Below, piece after piece: positions 39,721 to 50,590 of a stretch of 64,000 nucleotides of DNA (positions are counted from its first letter, which is position 1; each line of letters starts with the position of its first letter). The notes beneath the pieces were generated by a model. That model was not told where the DNA came from and did no database searches. It worked only from the letters and a program-made list of their open reading frames with translations. The position numbers and the translations under genes were made by a program. Source of the stretch: Ginglymostoma cirratum (lineage: Eukaryota); NCBI GenBank assembly GCA_024137785.1, contig JAHRHZ010000218.1:12538360-12602359 (forward strand), written 5' to 3'.

Positions 39721-40218
39721 GGAAGGTAGAAGAACATCATATATTTTCAAACCAACCTTTTCAGAGGTGTTATTATACAACTTGGGTGGGACTTTAACCT
39801 AGACCTCCTGTTTCAAAGGTAAAGGTACTACCACTACACCACAAGACCCATGAAAAATGCATCAGTCTACCTTACGCTAATGCTATATATCTGCACTGAA
39901 TGAAGAAATTAGACTTTAGGACTGTTGACTCCAAGCATGGTCAAAAATATATCATAAAATTGTTACTATGGTCACAGAAGCCATTTACCAAATGAGTCAG
40001 CCATTGCTTTCTGAGCATTTTGTCTTAATGCTGAACTTCTTTTTTCCCCATAGTCTTACATATTGTTTCTATTTAAATGATCATGTAGTGCCCTCTTGAA
40101 TATCTCAGTTGAACCTGGACTTCCAGGAATTGCATTCCAAACCCAGGCCACTGGCTGTATGAAAATGTCTTTTTTTTCCTCATTTCATATTTGGCTCTTT
40201 GACAAAACACTAAAACTG

Positions 40219-41190
40219 TCAGACCCCACCACCAAAGACATCTTTCCCTCCCCACCCTTATCTGCATTCCGGAGGGACCACTCCCTCCGCGACTCCCTTG
40301 TCCGCGCCACACTCCCCTCCAGCCCCACCACACCCGGCACTTTTCCTTGTAACCGCAGGAAGTGCTACACCTGCCCCCACACCTCCTCCCTCACCCCAAT
40401 CCCAGGCCCCAAGAAGACATTCCACATCAGGCAGAGGTTCACCTGCACATCTGCCAATGTGGTATACTGCATCCGCTGTACCCGTTGTGGCTTCCTCTAC
40501 ATCGGGGAAACCAAGCGGAGGCTTGGGGACCGCTTTGCAGAACACCTGCGCTCAGTTCGCAACAAACAACTGCACCTCCCAGTCGCGAACCATTTCAACT
40601 CCCCCTCCCATTCCTCAGATGACATGTCCATCCTTGGCCTCCTACAATGCCACAGTGATGCCACCCGAAGGCTGCAGGAACAGCAAATCATATTCAGCCT
40701 GGGAACCCTGCAGCCCAATGGCATCAATGTGGATTTCACAAGCTTCAAAATCTCCCCTCCCCCAACCGCATCCCAAAACCAGCCCAGCTCATCTCCACCT
40801 CCCTAACCTGTTTTCCCTCTCACCTCAAGCCACACCCCCATCTCCTATCTACTAACATCATCCCGCCCCCTTGACCTGTCCGTCCTCCCTGGACTGACCT
40901 ATCTCCTCCCTACCCCCCTACCTACACTCACCTTTACTGGCTCCATCCCCGCCTCTTCGACTTGTCTGCCTCCTCTCCACCTATCCTCTCCTCTATCCAT
41001 CCTCTATCCGCCTCCCCCTCTCTCCCTATTTATTTCAGAACCCTCTTCCCCTCCCCCATTTCTGATGAAGGGTTTAGGCCTGAAACGTCAAGTTTTCCTG
41101 CTCCTATGATGCTGCTTGACCTGCTGTGTTCATCCAGCCCCATGCTTGTTATCTCGGATTCTCCAGCATCTGCAGTACCTTTTATCTCTT
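40219..41190 (+). mobile_element. 5'-truncated Penelope-like retroelement (Neptune-type) with intact GIY-YIG endonuclease frame and terminal repeat
   Basis: Open frame to the stop at 40806: CNRRKCYTC Cys cluster, NVVYCIRCTRCGFLYIGET, RFAEH, VANHFN and EQQIIFSLGTLQPNGIN. C-rich 3' region. CACTAAAACTG repeated at 40208-40218 and 41194-41204. Confidence 0.93.
41058..41093 (+). ncRNA. Minimal hammerhead ribozyme motif in the Penelope terminal repeat
   Basis: ATTT-CTGATGA-AGGGTTTAGGCCT-GAAAC-GTC-AAGT. Stem I AUUU:AAGU. Confidence 0.6.
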
Positions 41191-41497
41191 TGTCACTAAA
41201 ACTGAGACCTCTGGTTCTTCAGTTTTAAGGTAAGGTTTGCAACTTGGGTGTGAGATCTTTCTTCCAGGCTGAAATGTATTTGGGCAAAAATTGAAGAGAT
41301 TTCAGCATATTGTACATCATGCAATTCAAAGCTATAATCTTTTAAGTCACATATTCTGTTGCCCTCTACAAATTCATGGCAAACTCCAGACTTAGTACAA
41401 GCACAATTGACTGCAAACTACTGTAAAATTTTAGATATGTCAATGTTTCAGAATCTATTGAGAGATGTGCAGTTTTTAAAGTAAGCCTCACTCAATA

Positions 41498-41720
41498 AAA
41501 ACCAAAAGAGCTGCAGATGCTGTAAATCAGGAACAAGAACAAAGTTGCTGGAAAAGTTCGGCAGATCTGGCACCATCTGTGAAGGAAAAAATAGGGTTAA
41601 TGTTTCGGGTCTGGTTCTGAGGAAGAATCACTGGACCCAAAACGTTAACTCTGTTTTTTCCTTCACAGATACTGCCAGACCTGCTGAGCTTTTCCAGCAA
41701 CTTTGTTTTTGTTCGTTGTT
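41498..41720. mobile_element. Fold-back Penelope-derived element (family of 12341-12556), ~16-bp TSD
   Basis: TAAGC(C/G)TCACTCAATA at 41482-41497 and 41721-41736. Arms 'aaagttgctggaaaag...' and '...cttttccagcaacttt'. Hammerhead core decayed (GAAA>AAAA). Confidence 0.8.
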
Positions 41721-41894
41721 TAAGCGTCACTCAATATTATGGTAGCCTCTGAAATCTCAAGATCCCTCATAGGCCTTCCAAACGACCAATGGTAAAGTGG
41801 TGGTTGTGAATTAAGCAAAGTATTAATACAGTGGGTTGTTCAAGCACTGAATCGGAGAGAAGTTTTGTTTTTAGTTGCTCATGGAATGTAGATC

Positions 41895-42450
41895 ATAGAC
41901 AGCCATAGTCATAGTCACAGAGTTATTACAACAAAAGGCCTATCAGCCCATCGTGTCTGCCAATCATCAAATATCCATCTGTTCTAATCCCATTAGAATG
42001 ATTCAAGTGCTTAAATAAGTAGTTCTGAAATGTTCTGAGGTGTCCCCCACCATCCCTTCAGGCACGGAGTTGCAGATACCCACAAGCCTCTCAGTGAGCT
42101 TTTTCCCTTGAAATCACCTCTAAACCTCCTGCTTCTTAACTTAACACTGTGCTCATTGGTTATTGATTCCTCTATTAAGAGGAACTTTTTTTCTCCGTAT
42201 GAACCACGTCTATTCCCTCAGAACTTTGTATACCTCAATCAGGTACCCGCTCAGCCTTCTCTGTTCTGAGGAAAACAACCTCAGCCTAACTGATCTCTTA
42301 CATAGTGGAATTTCTATAGCCCAGGCAATATCCTGGTGACTCTTTTCTGCATCTTCTCTAGTGCAGTTACATTCTTTGTATAGTGTGGCAACGAGAACTG
42401 CACACAGTACCCCAGCTGTGGCCTGACTAATGTATACAAATCCATCATAA
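41895..42450 (-). mobile_element. CR1-clade LINE 3' fragment
   Basis: 'agaactgcacacagtac' is the reverse complement of YCVQF. Short 'catagt' tail repeats. Confidence 0.7.
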
Positions 42451-42849
42451 CTTCATCAAAAACTGTCACTGGTTATGCAATGCCTGTATTTATTGGCCAT
42501 CCCTAATTACCCTTGAACTGAGTGGCATGTTATTTCACAGAACTGTTAAGAGTTATGTAAGAGGGAAGCAACATTTTATACTATATAAAAGTGAATTCCA
42601 ATTGACTGAAAACTGAATTCTGATCAATGGGGACATTGCCATGGAGAATGTATCCATTAGACAATAACTGACATTTAACTGCCACAATTTGTGTAAATTT
42701 AAAACATGCAGGTTGACTTTTTATCAAGGCATTGCTCTGATGAATGTAGCCAACAAGATACTCTGCCCATCAGACAGATGAGTAGCTTGGTAAATGAATT
42801 TCAGTATTGGTCTGATGCTAAATATTTAGGCTATACATCCCAAAAACTA

Positions 42850-43090
42850 GGAGATGGTATCAAATAACTTGTCCTTTCATCTGTTCTTAACAAGCAAAGT
42901 ATTTAAGCAATATTTGCTTAGTAATCCTCCTGAGTGTGCTAGGAAATATGATGATAACCAATGTAATGTAGTCATTTCCGCTCATAGCATGGCACACTTG
43001 TCTGCACTGGAAGGTACATATATTAACGCACAGTGCCCCTATTTGCAGGCCGAAAAGACCATGTCACACACTGCGCTTCTTTCTCACCAA
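42850..43090 (+). mobile_element. Old Penelope-like GIY-YIG C-terminal remnant (different family)
   Basis: QYLLSNPPECARKY...VISAHSMAHLSALEGTYI....P resembles the H.....C.....F.I.......L..LE..YI....P.L pattern of Penelope endonuclease ends. Confidence 0.5.
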
Positions 43091-44100
43091 AATAGACAAC
43101 CAGTCACTGGTTTATTACCTGTACCGGTCAGATTCCACTTTCCTCACTTGGTATAGAAATTGTTCCCTTTTACATTTGAATTCGAATCAACATACCGATT
43201 AGTGCATGACGCAATGCTTTGATAAAATGTGTATTTTTCAGTAAAGTGTTTTATTTTTACAAAACCTATTTTATTTAAGAAATTTTCTCGTAGTCTTGAG
43301 TGTTTTGGCTTGCTTAAAATGTTCTCGATCAAACTGATAGGATACGTAATTACACATTTCTGGAGCACGTGGGACTTGAACCCGTGACTAATGGTCCAGT
43401 GCACAGCACCAACAAATATCCACGTTTAAAATTGTAGGTACTTTCATTAACTTGCGCATAGACGTTATATCTTACTGGAACGAGTGGGATTTGAACCCGG
43501 AATTGGGGCACTACCACTTTACCAGTACAGCTCTATGTTTAAAATTCTATTCAACAAAAGACTCAATTATGTAAGATGGGCTGAGGTGTAGGTATGCATT
43601 TTCCAGACGAAATAAACTGTATTCCAGTTTTTAATTTCCTTTACTAGTGGGCCCAGCTTTGCTACACGAAGCCAGCATGGCCAGCAGTATAAACAAAAAC
43701 ACTTGAATTAGCATTTTTCTGAAAGACCGGCCCTTATCACTTTTGCATGGATTCTGGGAAACCAAGTAACACGCTCACTGCCAACACACCGAGGAGTTGA
43801 ATGCGCATGCAGGTTATACTCCGTCAAGCTCGCCGCAAAGTATACACACACTTCCGGCGGCGTGATTTGAAAGGAAGGCGAAATGTCACCCACCACCTAT
43901 TTTGTGGGCGTAGGGAGGGGATGGAGAAAGTGGAACGGCGCATGCGTTAGCCCTTTCACGCCTCCCCCCCCCCCCTTCCTCTGCCGTCGGAACGACCGAG
44001 GACGAAAAAAAACGAAGCGGCCAGTGCGCAGGCGCAGCGCCAGCATCGAGCTGTCGATTAACATGGTGGGAGCAAAGCATGTGTCAACTTAAGCAAATGG

Positions 44101-44593
44101 CAGCGGTTTAGCGGGTGCAGGAGTGAAGTGGAGGTGTGTAGTTAAACGAAGAAGAATCGGAGCTCTCCTCGGATTGAAGACGGGAAAGGAGAAGGAGAGA
44201 CAGCTCCGCCTTGGGTAGTCTCGGAAGGAGAAGGGGGGTTGAGGTTGTGGAGTAGAAGAGGAGGCGGCGTGGAACCACGTTTGTTGCAACGCTCGAGTTC
44301 CGAAGGGGTGCTGCTCGTCCTTTTTTTTTTGAAGTCCACCATATTGTGCTGGTGTTGGCGCTGGGTCGTCCTCTCCCGGTCCCTGCTTTCAATTCGCTTG
44401 CTGCTGTTTTTCGCAATCTGGAATTCCCCGCAGGACTTCGTTTTCTTATTCTCTTCTCCCTGTGCCCCCGAACAAGAAATTCCGCTGAGATACTCAACCT
44501 AAAAGAGAAAACACGTTTTCCCTCTGGCGTTTTCTCCTTTTAAAAAAACACTATTTGCCTGAGAGAGAGAGTATTTTTAGGTCCTGACCGAAG
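44101..44593 (+). other. Probable non-coding first exon (5' UTR) of LARP1B, start approximate
   Basis: No ATG in 44101-44593. Strong donor AAG|GTAAGA at 44593/44594. Matching acceptor tttaacag| at 45558/45559 upstream of the start codon. Confidence 0.65.
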
Positions 44594-44830
44594 GTAAGAT
44601 GAGGAGGTGGACATGACTCTTCATTTTGATGTATGGCATTGAATTGACCTGTGGCAGCCGCGTTCCCCTAAATGACCGTTATGGAATCCCCGGATTCAAA
44701 TTTCTCACGTATTTTGGGGATAATTTGAGAAAAAAACTTCTGCGGGATTTGGGGAAACAAACAATAAACAAGGCCAGTTTCCACAGTAACAAGCTGGGTG
44801 GCGTAACAATGGTGTAAAGCGAGACAATCC

Positions 44831-45065
44831 CAGGCCCCGGGGAGAGGATGGGGGCCTCTGGGCCGCGGACTGATGCCCAGGCCCCGCGGAGAGGATGAGG
44901 GGCTGGCGGAATGTGCCTCAGGCCCCAGAGGAGAAGATGGGGCCTCAGGGCCGGTGGAGTGTTCTTCCAGCCCCAGGGGAAGAGGCTGGGGGGGCCGCGG
45001 GCCGGTGGCGTATTCCCCAGGCCCCACGGAGAGGATTGGGACCCTGGCCCGGCCGGGTGTTCCTG
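44831..45065. repeat. Degenerate GC-rich minisatellite, 5 units of ~41-50 bp
   Basis: Units CAG(G)CCCCnnGGAGAGGATGGGG..GGGCCG start at 44831, 44878, 44919, 44968 and 45018. Confidence 0.8.
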
Positions 45066-45644
45066 AGACAGGGCCTACTTCGGTATGAGGCGCAGCACTT
45101 ATTCGCACGTGGTGGCCGAGAGCTGGTTAAAGCTTAACCAGCTGATCAGACGCTTCATTTCCTTCTCCTCCCCCCCGCCCCAACCCCGTAGTCTCTTAAC
45201 AAGCAGCCTGAGGGGAGGTGAGCAACAGAACGCATGGTCGTTATTAACGTCAAGACCTGAATAACGTGTATATTTATTACCTTAGAATACATATTCTGCA
45301 ATCTCCCTCCCTCCACCTAGCTTCAAGTAATATTTAGAACAGCTGTAGCTTACACGCTGGTCCGGCTGCGTTTTATTCCCTTTTTCAGATGTTTCTTTCG
45401 TTTTCACCCCATCCATTTTTAAATCTCCTTAACTTTGCCCTTGTTCGGGTGTGGGGGAGAATCACTTATTGCCTTTATGCTTTTATTATCAATGGCGGAT
45501 TTTTAAAGAAGTGAGGGAACGCCTTTGTAATTGCCCATCTTATATTTTAATTTAACAGTAAATCGTGACACTTTTAAAGCAAATTATTAGAGAAAGGCCA
45601 AAGGAAGAGCGGTGAATTTGGACACCGGCCTAGCCGTGCCGCGC

Positions 45645-46044
45645 ATGATGACCACCGAAGTTGAATCGTCTCTGCCTCAGGCCACAGATCACGGTACTTC
45701 CCTTCAGCCATCCGATAGCAGTAACGGCGGCGGCTTTGAAGAGGAAACGACCCGTGACTGCTCCACGTTGTCCTCGGCTTCGGGTGGAGACGAGGAAGCG
45801 GACAACGACCTATTGGCGAGGTTAGAGCTACAGCCCGGAGGCCGAGACCAGTCCGAACAGCGGAGCGGCCCTCTGGAGGTGGCGACTGACCCTGAGAATA
45901 AGGAAAACGATCAAAGCCAGAGGGAGTCGGCGGAGAAATTGCAGAAAAAATTCACTGAAGCACCTCCTCCTAAAATCAACCCGTGGACCAAGAAGAAAAA
46001 CATGGTCACTAATAACAGCGTGAACGTCAACAACCAGGAGACAG
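45645..46044 (+). CDS. LARP1B: La-related protein 1 family, first coding exon (LARP1B by synteny)
   Basis: (M)MTTEVESSLP...KKFTEAPPPKINPWTKK...VNNQETG matches recalled LARP1 MATQVEPLLP...DFVEAPPPKVNPWTKN...VNGQ. In-frame TAG upstream at 45588. Donor ACAG|gtttgt. The family call is strong, but the paralogue call rests on ABHD18-LARP1B adjacency. Confidence 0.82.
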
Positions 46045-48194
46045 GTTTGTGCTCGGGATTTGTATTTTTCAAATATGATTGAATTCTCTGGAAGGAAAGC
46101 TGCAATGTGACAGTCAAGTGGCGACGAGCTTTACTTCTGTAATCAGCTGTAGTATGTTACTTATCGCAAAGTTGTGATTTTTATCGGAAAAAAGTCTAAA
46201 AGTGGTATGTTTTCATTTTAAAACGAGCATTTAACAATCACGTGATCTGATGTGCTATCTTAAGCTTGGATTGTCGGTATCTTTAGGTCTGGTGCAGTAA
46301 GTGGTCCATCATTTGATTCTTTTTAGTGCCTGATCTGCCAAAATGAGTGCTTTTTAAAAATCTGTAGACTGTCCATGTTTTCGTGCTGTGTTGCCATATT
46401 CGTAAGTGTCATTCATCCATTTTATTTACATAAAAGGGCATCAGATTAAGCAAATCTGAGAGAGGTGTGGTCTGTTTACACGCGCTCTGAAATAAAATGT
46501 AAGCAAGATTATTTATTTTAAATTAAATAACCTTTGGTAACGTCGACGTTTTTGTGTAGTTGCTGGAGGAAGGACGTAATTGGCAAACTGCATATTTATT
46601 CCTGGGAACTTGATCAAATTTGAGTTTGACGCAACTGTATACATGATAACTAGGACCTATGCTTTGCTAACTTAAATTATAAATTTAGAAAGTCAACAGT
46701 TTTGATCTTTCTACTGTTCAAGTGGTATCACCAAGTCGACGACAAAGATCAAAGCGGCTGTACCCATAATCCTACCTGTGGTTTAAAACTTGTTTTTTTT
46801 TCTGTGAATGATGTCTGTTTCCAACAGACTGTTCACTTTTTTTTAATTTAGAAAAATACGAATTTGTTAGATTTCTGTCCGACCCCTCCACCCCAATTCT
46901 TTTGCAGCTATTCCCTCTGAAACTGAAGTGGCCGAACTTGCTGATGAAAGCACATTTAGGATTACAGCGCAGTTTGAATGACGCCCATTCCCCCCCCCAT
47001 TTCTGATCAAATTTCAGTCTACCACGTGTTGTACGACTGAGCAGGCAGTGTTTCATGGGAGGAACTTGGCTTTTTATAATGTTTAGCTGGACATTCTGTT
47101 GCAATGGAATAGTGAAACACCTGTATAGGATCACAAGCTGAATTTTGCTTTTGTAGCACTTACCAAACTTTTAAAATCTGACTTCCCGCTGTCCAGCTGT
47201 TGGTGACAAGTGTCGCAACAGCAAATACTACTACCCTTTTTAAAGAATGTGCATACTGTACCATTCAACACCGTTGTTCACCAAATTCTTGTCATGTTAT
47301 TGAAGAAATAATTGAAGTTACCTGATATATTCAATGCCATGTAGAGGATTTGAATTTTAAGATTTCTTGATGCTGAGGAGTCTTTGGTGATATCTGCTCT
47401 TTTTTTGTTCTTGCAATATACCTGCAGTGTATTACCATATGTTCACATGTTATTTACAATGCAAGCTGTATTTGCTATTGGAGGCATGGTTGACCCGGTT
47501 TTCTAACACACTATTCTGCTTCCTTATGCTCTCTCGAGGTATTAACCCTTTGACATTGAGTTAAGAACCATACATTGTCCCAAGGACTGTTATTTATCTC
47601 AGAATCTTCACAAGTATAGGTTCCTCAATAGAAGGAGGCACTGCACCTGGACTCAATCCTTTTGAGCTTGAAGTTTTCTTTTGTAAATATTAATTTAGCC
47701 ATGTTTATCTGAATCCTTGGCCTTGGGAGCCCCTGGGCTGCAAAGATACGTGTCCTGTTTTTGGGTTGCAGCCAGTATACTGTGTAGCTAACCACTACGG
47801 ATAGCAAGTGGCAGGACTGTCCCTTTTTGTGTCTATATTTTGATGTTAATTCAGAATTTCTGGTTTGAAATTTGTTACTGTTAAGTACATATCTGGCCTA
47901 TTAGCTTTGAAGAAAACAATGTCACAATTTTGATATCAATTTTTTCTTCTTGATAATATTAGCTTTTACTCCGATGTGTCTAGTATTTGTCTTGTATTCA
48001 GCATCATGTGTTTTTAATATAATCTCATGGGACGGCTTTTGTTAGAAATTTGTTCAGGTGTCCAATGGTATAGTAATTCAAAACATTAAAGAGCCAAATA
48101 GATCAGGGAGGGTCCATATTCTTTTCACTTCCAACATTAGAAATAATGTCAACCAAGGTGTCTGTTGCTGTGAACAGGTTTCCCAGTTCAGATC

Positions 48195-48715
48195 AGAGTC
48201 ATAGTCATACAGCATGGAAAAAGAACCTTCGATCCATGTCGAGCATAATCCTGCTTACGTGTTCCTGGCCTATGCCTCTTCAAACCTTTCCTATTCATGT
48301 ACTCATCCACATGTCTTTTAAATGTTGCAATTGTGCCCACATCCACCATTATATCAGGAAGTTCTTTCCACACGCAAATCACTTTGTGTAAAAAAAAAAA
48401 CACAAAATTGCCCCTCATGTCTTTTTTTAAAATCTCTCTCCTCAATAACATGCCCCATAATCTTGAAATCCCCTATCCTAGGGAAAAACAACTACCATTA
48501 ACTCTGTTTATACCCTTTATTATTTTATAACCTTCCTTCAGGTTGCCTGAACCTTCTACGCTCCAGTGGGAAAAGTCCCAGTCTATCCAGCCTTTCTTTA
48601 TAACTCAAACCTTCCATACACGGCAGCATCCCAGTAAATCTCATCTGTATCCTCTCCAGTTTAATAATAAACTTTGTATAACTGGGCACCCAGAAGTGGA
48701 CATACTATTCCAGAA
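48195..48715 (-). mobile_element. CR1-clade (HER1-like) LINE 3' fragment
   Basis: Minus strand KDMRGNF..FF.HKVICVWKELP...VDVGTIATFKRHVDEYM and 'gagtcatagtcata' tail. Confidence 0.8.
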
Positions 48716-49394
48716 GAAGTTAATATTAAAGGAAGAAATTAAGCCCTGGCAAAAGTTAGCTCTAATTCACTTACAACTGCATTTTCAGACTCTCAAATAT
48801 CTAACCTTTGGCACTTTTCTTACCAGAATGTTTTTGCAGCTACTGACTTACTCGACTGTGTTCACCTTTATCTTAGTCCTTTACGCTCTTCTTGCCTTGG
48901 CTACTTGTCTGGTATGGCCCTCATCTCTTCTCACTTAAGTACCGTAGACGACATTTAAAATCCCTCTTTCCCCTATGCAATCCATTCCCGCTTCCAACAA
49001 ACATGAGGATCTCATAGACATGGCATTTAGATCTAGACAGTGTGATCAGCTGCCTTCCACTAGCCTGCCTGTCCAAACTTCTTTCAGTTCACTGACTAAC
49101 CCTAGCCATAAACTTGCATGTTTTTCTCCTATCTCTTCTCATACCCCCTTTGAACTGTTCTTGTCTGTACAGCCATCTATTCCATTGATCCTCATTCCAC
49201 TAAACTGCTGTTCACTGATCTTCCCCTCTCAGCTCTCATGTTAATTGATTGCAAACAATTGCCTTCCTTTATCACTGCCCTGCCTTTACTGCTGCTGTTA
49301 TCATCCTCAAAAAAGTAACACTTTGACTTCAAATAAACATTTGACCCACTGCATTTGCAACTACTGCCCCATCTCCAAAATTGTCTTTGATAGA

Positions 49395-49860
49395 CCATAA
49401 GACATAGGAGCAGAAATTAGGCCACTTGACCCATGAAGCCTGCTTCGCCTTTCAGTCATGGTTGATAAGTTCCTCAGCCCCATTCTCCCATAATCCTTGT
49501 CAATAAAGAACCTGTTTATCTGTCTTAAATATACTCAATGACCTGGCCTCCTCAACCTTCTGTGGCAATGAATTCCATAGATTCACCATTCACTGGCTCA
49601 AGAAGTTTCTCCTCATCTCTGTTCTAAGGCTGTGCCTTTGGGTACTAGTCTCTTCTGCCAATGGAAGCATCTTTTCAACGTCCACTCTGAGGCCCTTCAG
49701 TGTTCTGTAAGTCTCAATTAGATCTCCACTCATCCTTGTAAACTCCATTGAGTATAGACCCAGAGTCCTCAGATGTTCCTCATGTTAAGCCTTTCGTTTT
49801 GGCAGTCATTCTCACGAACCTCCTCTGGACCTGCTCCAGGGCTAGTCCATCCTTCCCTGT
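49395..49860 (-). mobile_element. CR1-clade LINE 3' fragment
   Basis: Tail 'cataagacataggagcagaaattaggcc'. 'aagaagtttctcctcatctc' is the reverse complement of EMRRNFL. Confidence 0.75.
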
Positions 49861-49929
49861 CTTAAAAACCTCTGTGTGCTGTTGTGTTCCCAAATTGTTT
49901 CCTATTTCTCCTGGAATTGAATCACAGTG

Positions 49930-50590
49930 GTCTTGGTGTGCATGTATGCCATTGCTTAAAGTAGTGGGACAAGTGGATAAAGCGGTTAAGAAAACTTGTG
50001 GTATAATTGCCTTTATTAGCTGTTTAGTAGTTAGAGAGGTTATGCTGCAACTGTGTAAAATGCTCTTTAGGCCAGAATATCATGTGCCATCCTGGAGTCC
50101 ACCCATGGAAGGATGTGATTACAATGGAAAGCGAGGAGAGGAAACCTACTAGGATGTAGCTTGGACTGGAGAGGTTGACCTATAATGAGAGTTTTCCCAG
50201 ACTGGTGGTGTTTTCCTTAGAGCAGCACGGAGGAGGCTAAGAAGTATAAAATTGAGGGGCATAGAGGAAGGTGACAGGAAGAAACCTTTCTCTTTTTGGG
50301 GGGAATAGGTGACTGAGGATTTAAAGTGAGAGTCAGAAAGATTAGAGAAGTGAGGAAAAACTTTTTCACGCAAAGGTCATGGGAATCTGGAACTAACTGC
50401 CTTGTAAGGGTCTTAGAGGCAGAAACCCTTTGCTATTTAGATGTGCATTTGGAATACGGAGGCACACAGGGTTATAGACCAAGTTATGGAAAATGCGATT
50501 GGAATAGTTAAGTGGTTGTTTCTGATCAATATGGATATGATGAGTGAAGGGCATTTTTTTTCTCTGCTATAGATCTCTAACTCTATAAAC
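49930..50590 (+). mobile_element. CR1-clade LINE 3' fragment
   Basis: LKVVGQVDKAVKK..GIIAFIS, EVMLQLCKML and RKNFFTQR. Confidence 0.75.

Larger units (their letters stand above)
43780..46050. promoter_or_regulatory. CpG island and housekeeping-type promoter of the LARP1-family gene
   Basis: Sharp rise in CpG against a CpG-depleted background. NRF1-like TGCGCATGCA (43802), GCGCATGCG (43938) and TGCGCAGGCGCA (44025), ETS/GABP ACTTCCGG (43850), YY1-like AAATGGCAGC (44095). Confidence 0.85.

Noticed and set aside
43360-43530. tRNA-like B-box sequences (also ~39785-39850 and ~56505-56570)
   Set aside because: No complete cloverleaf could be built. Best explained as eroded tRNA-derived SINE heads, not tRNA genes.
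44831-45065. Spaced repeats reminiscent of a CRISPR array, with overlapping Pro/Gly-rich ORFs
   Set aside because: Vertebrate intron, units degenerate along their whole length, no cas genes. The ORFs reflect high GC content.
45612-46082. ORF-track start at GTG 45612 and stop at 46082
   Set aside because: Homology begins at the ATGs (45645/45648) and ends at the donor at 46044. The remainder is intron read-through.
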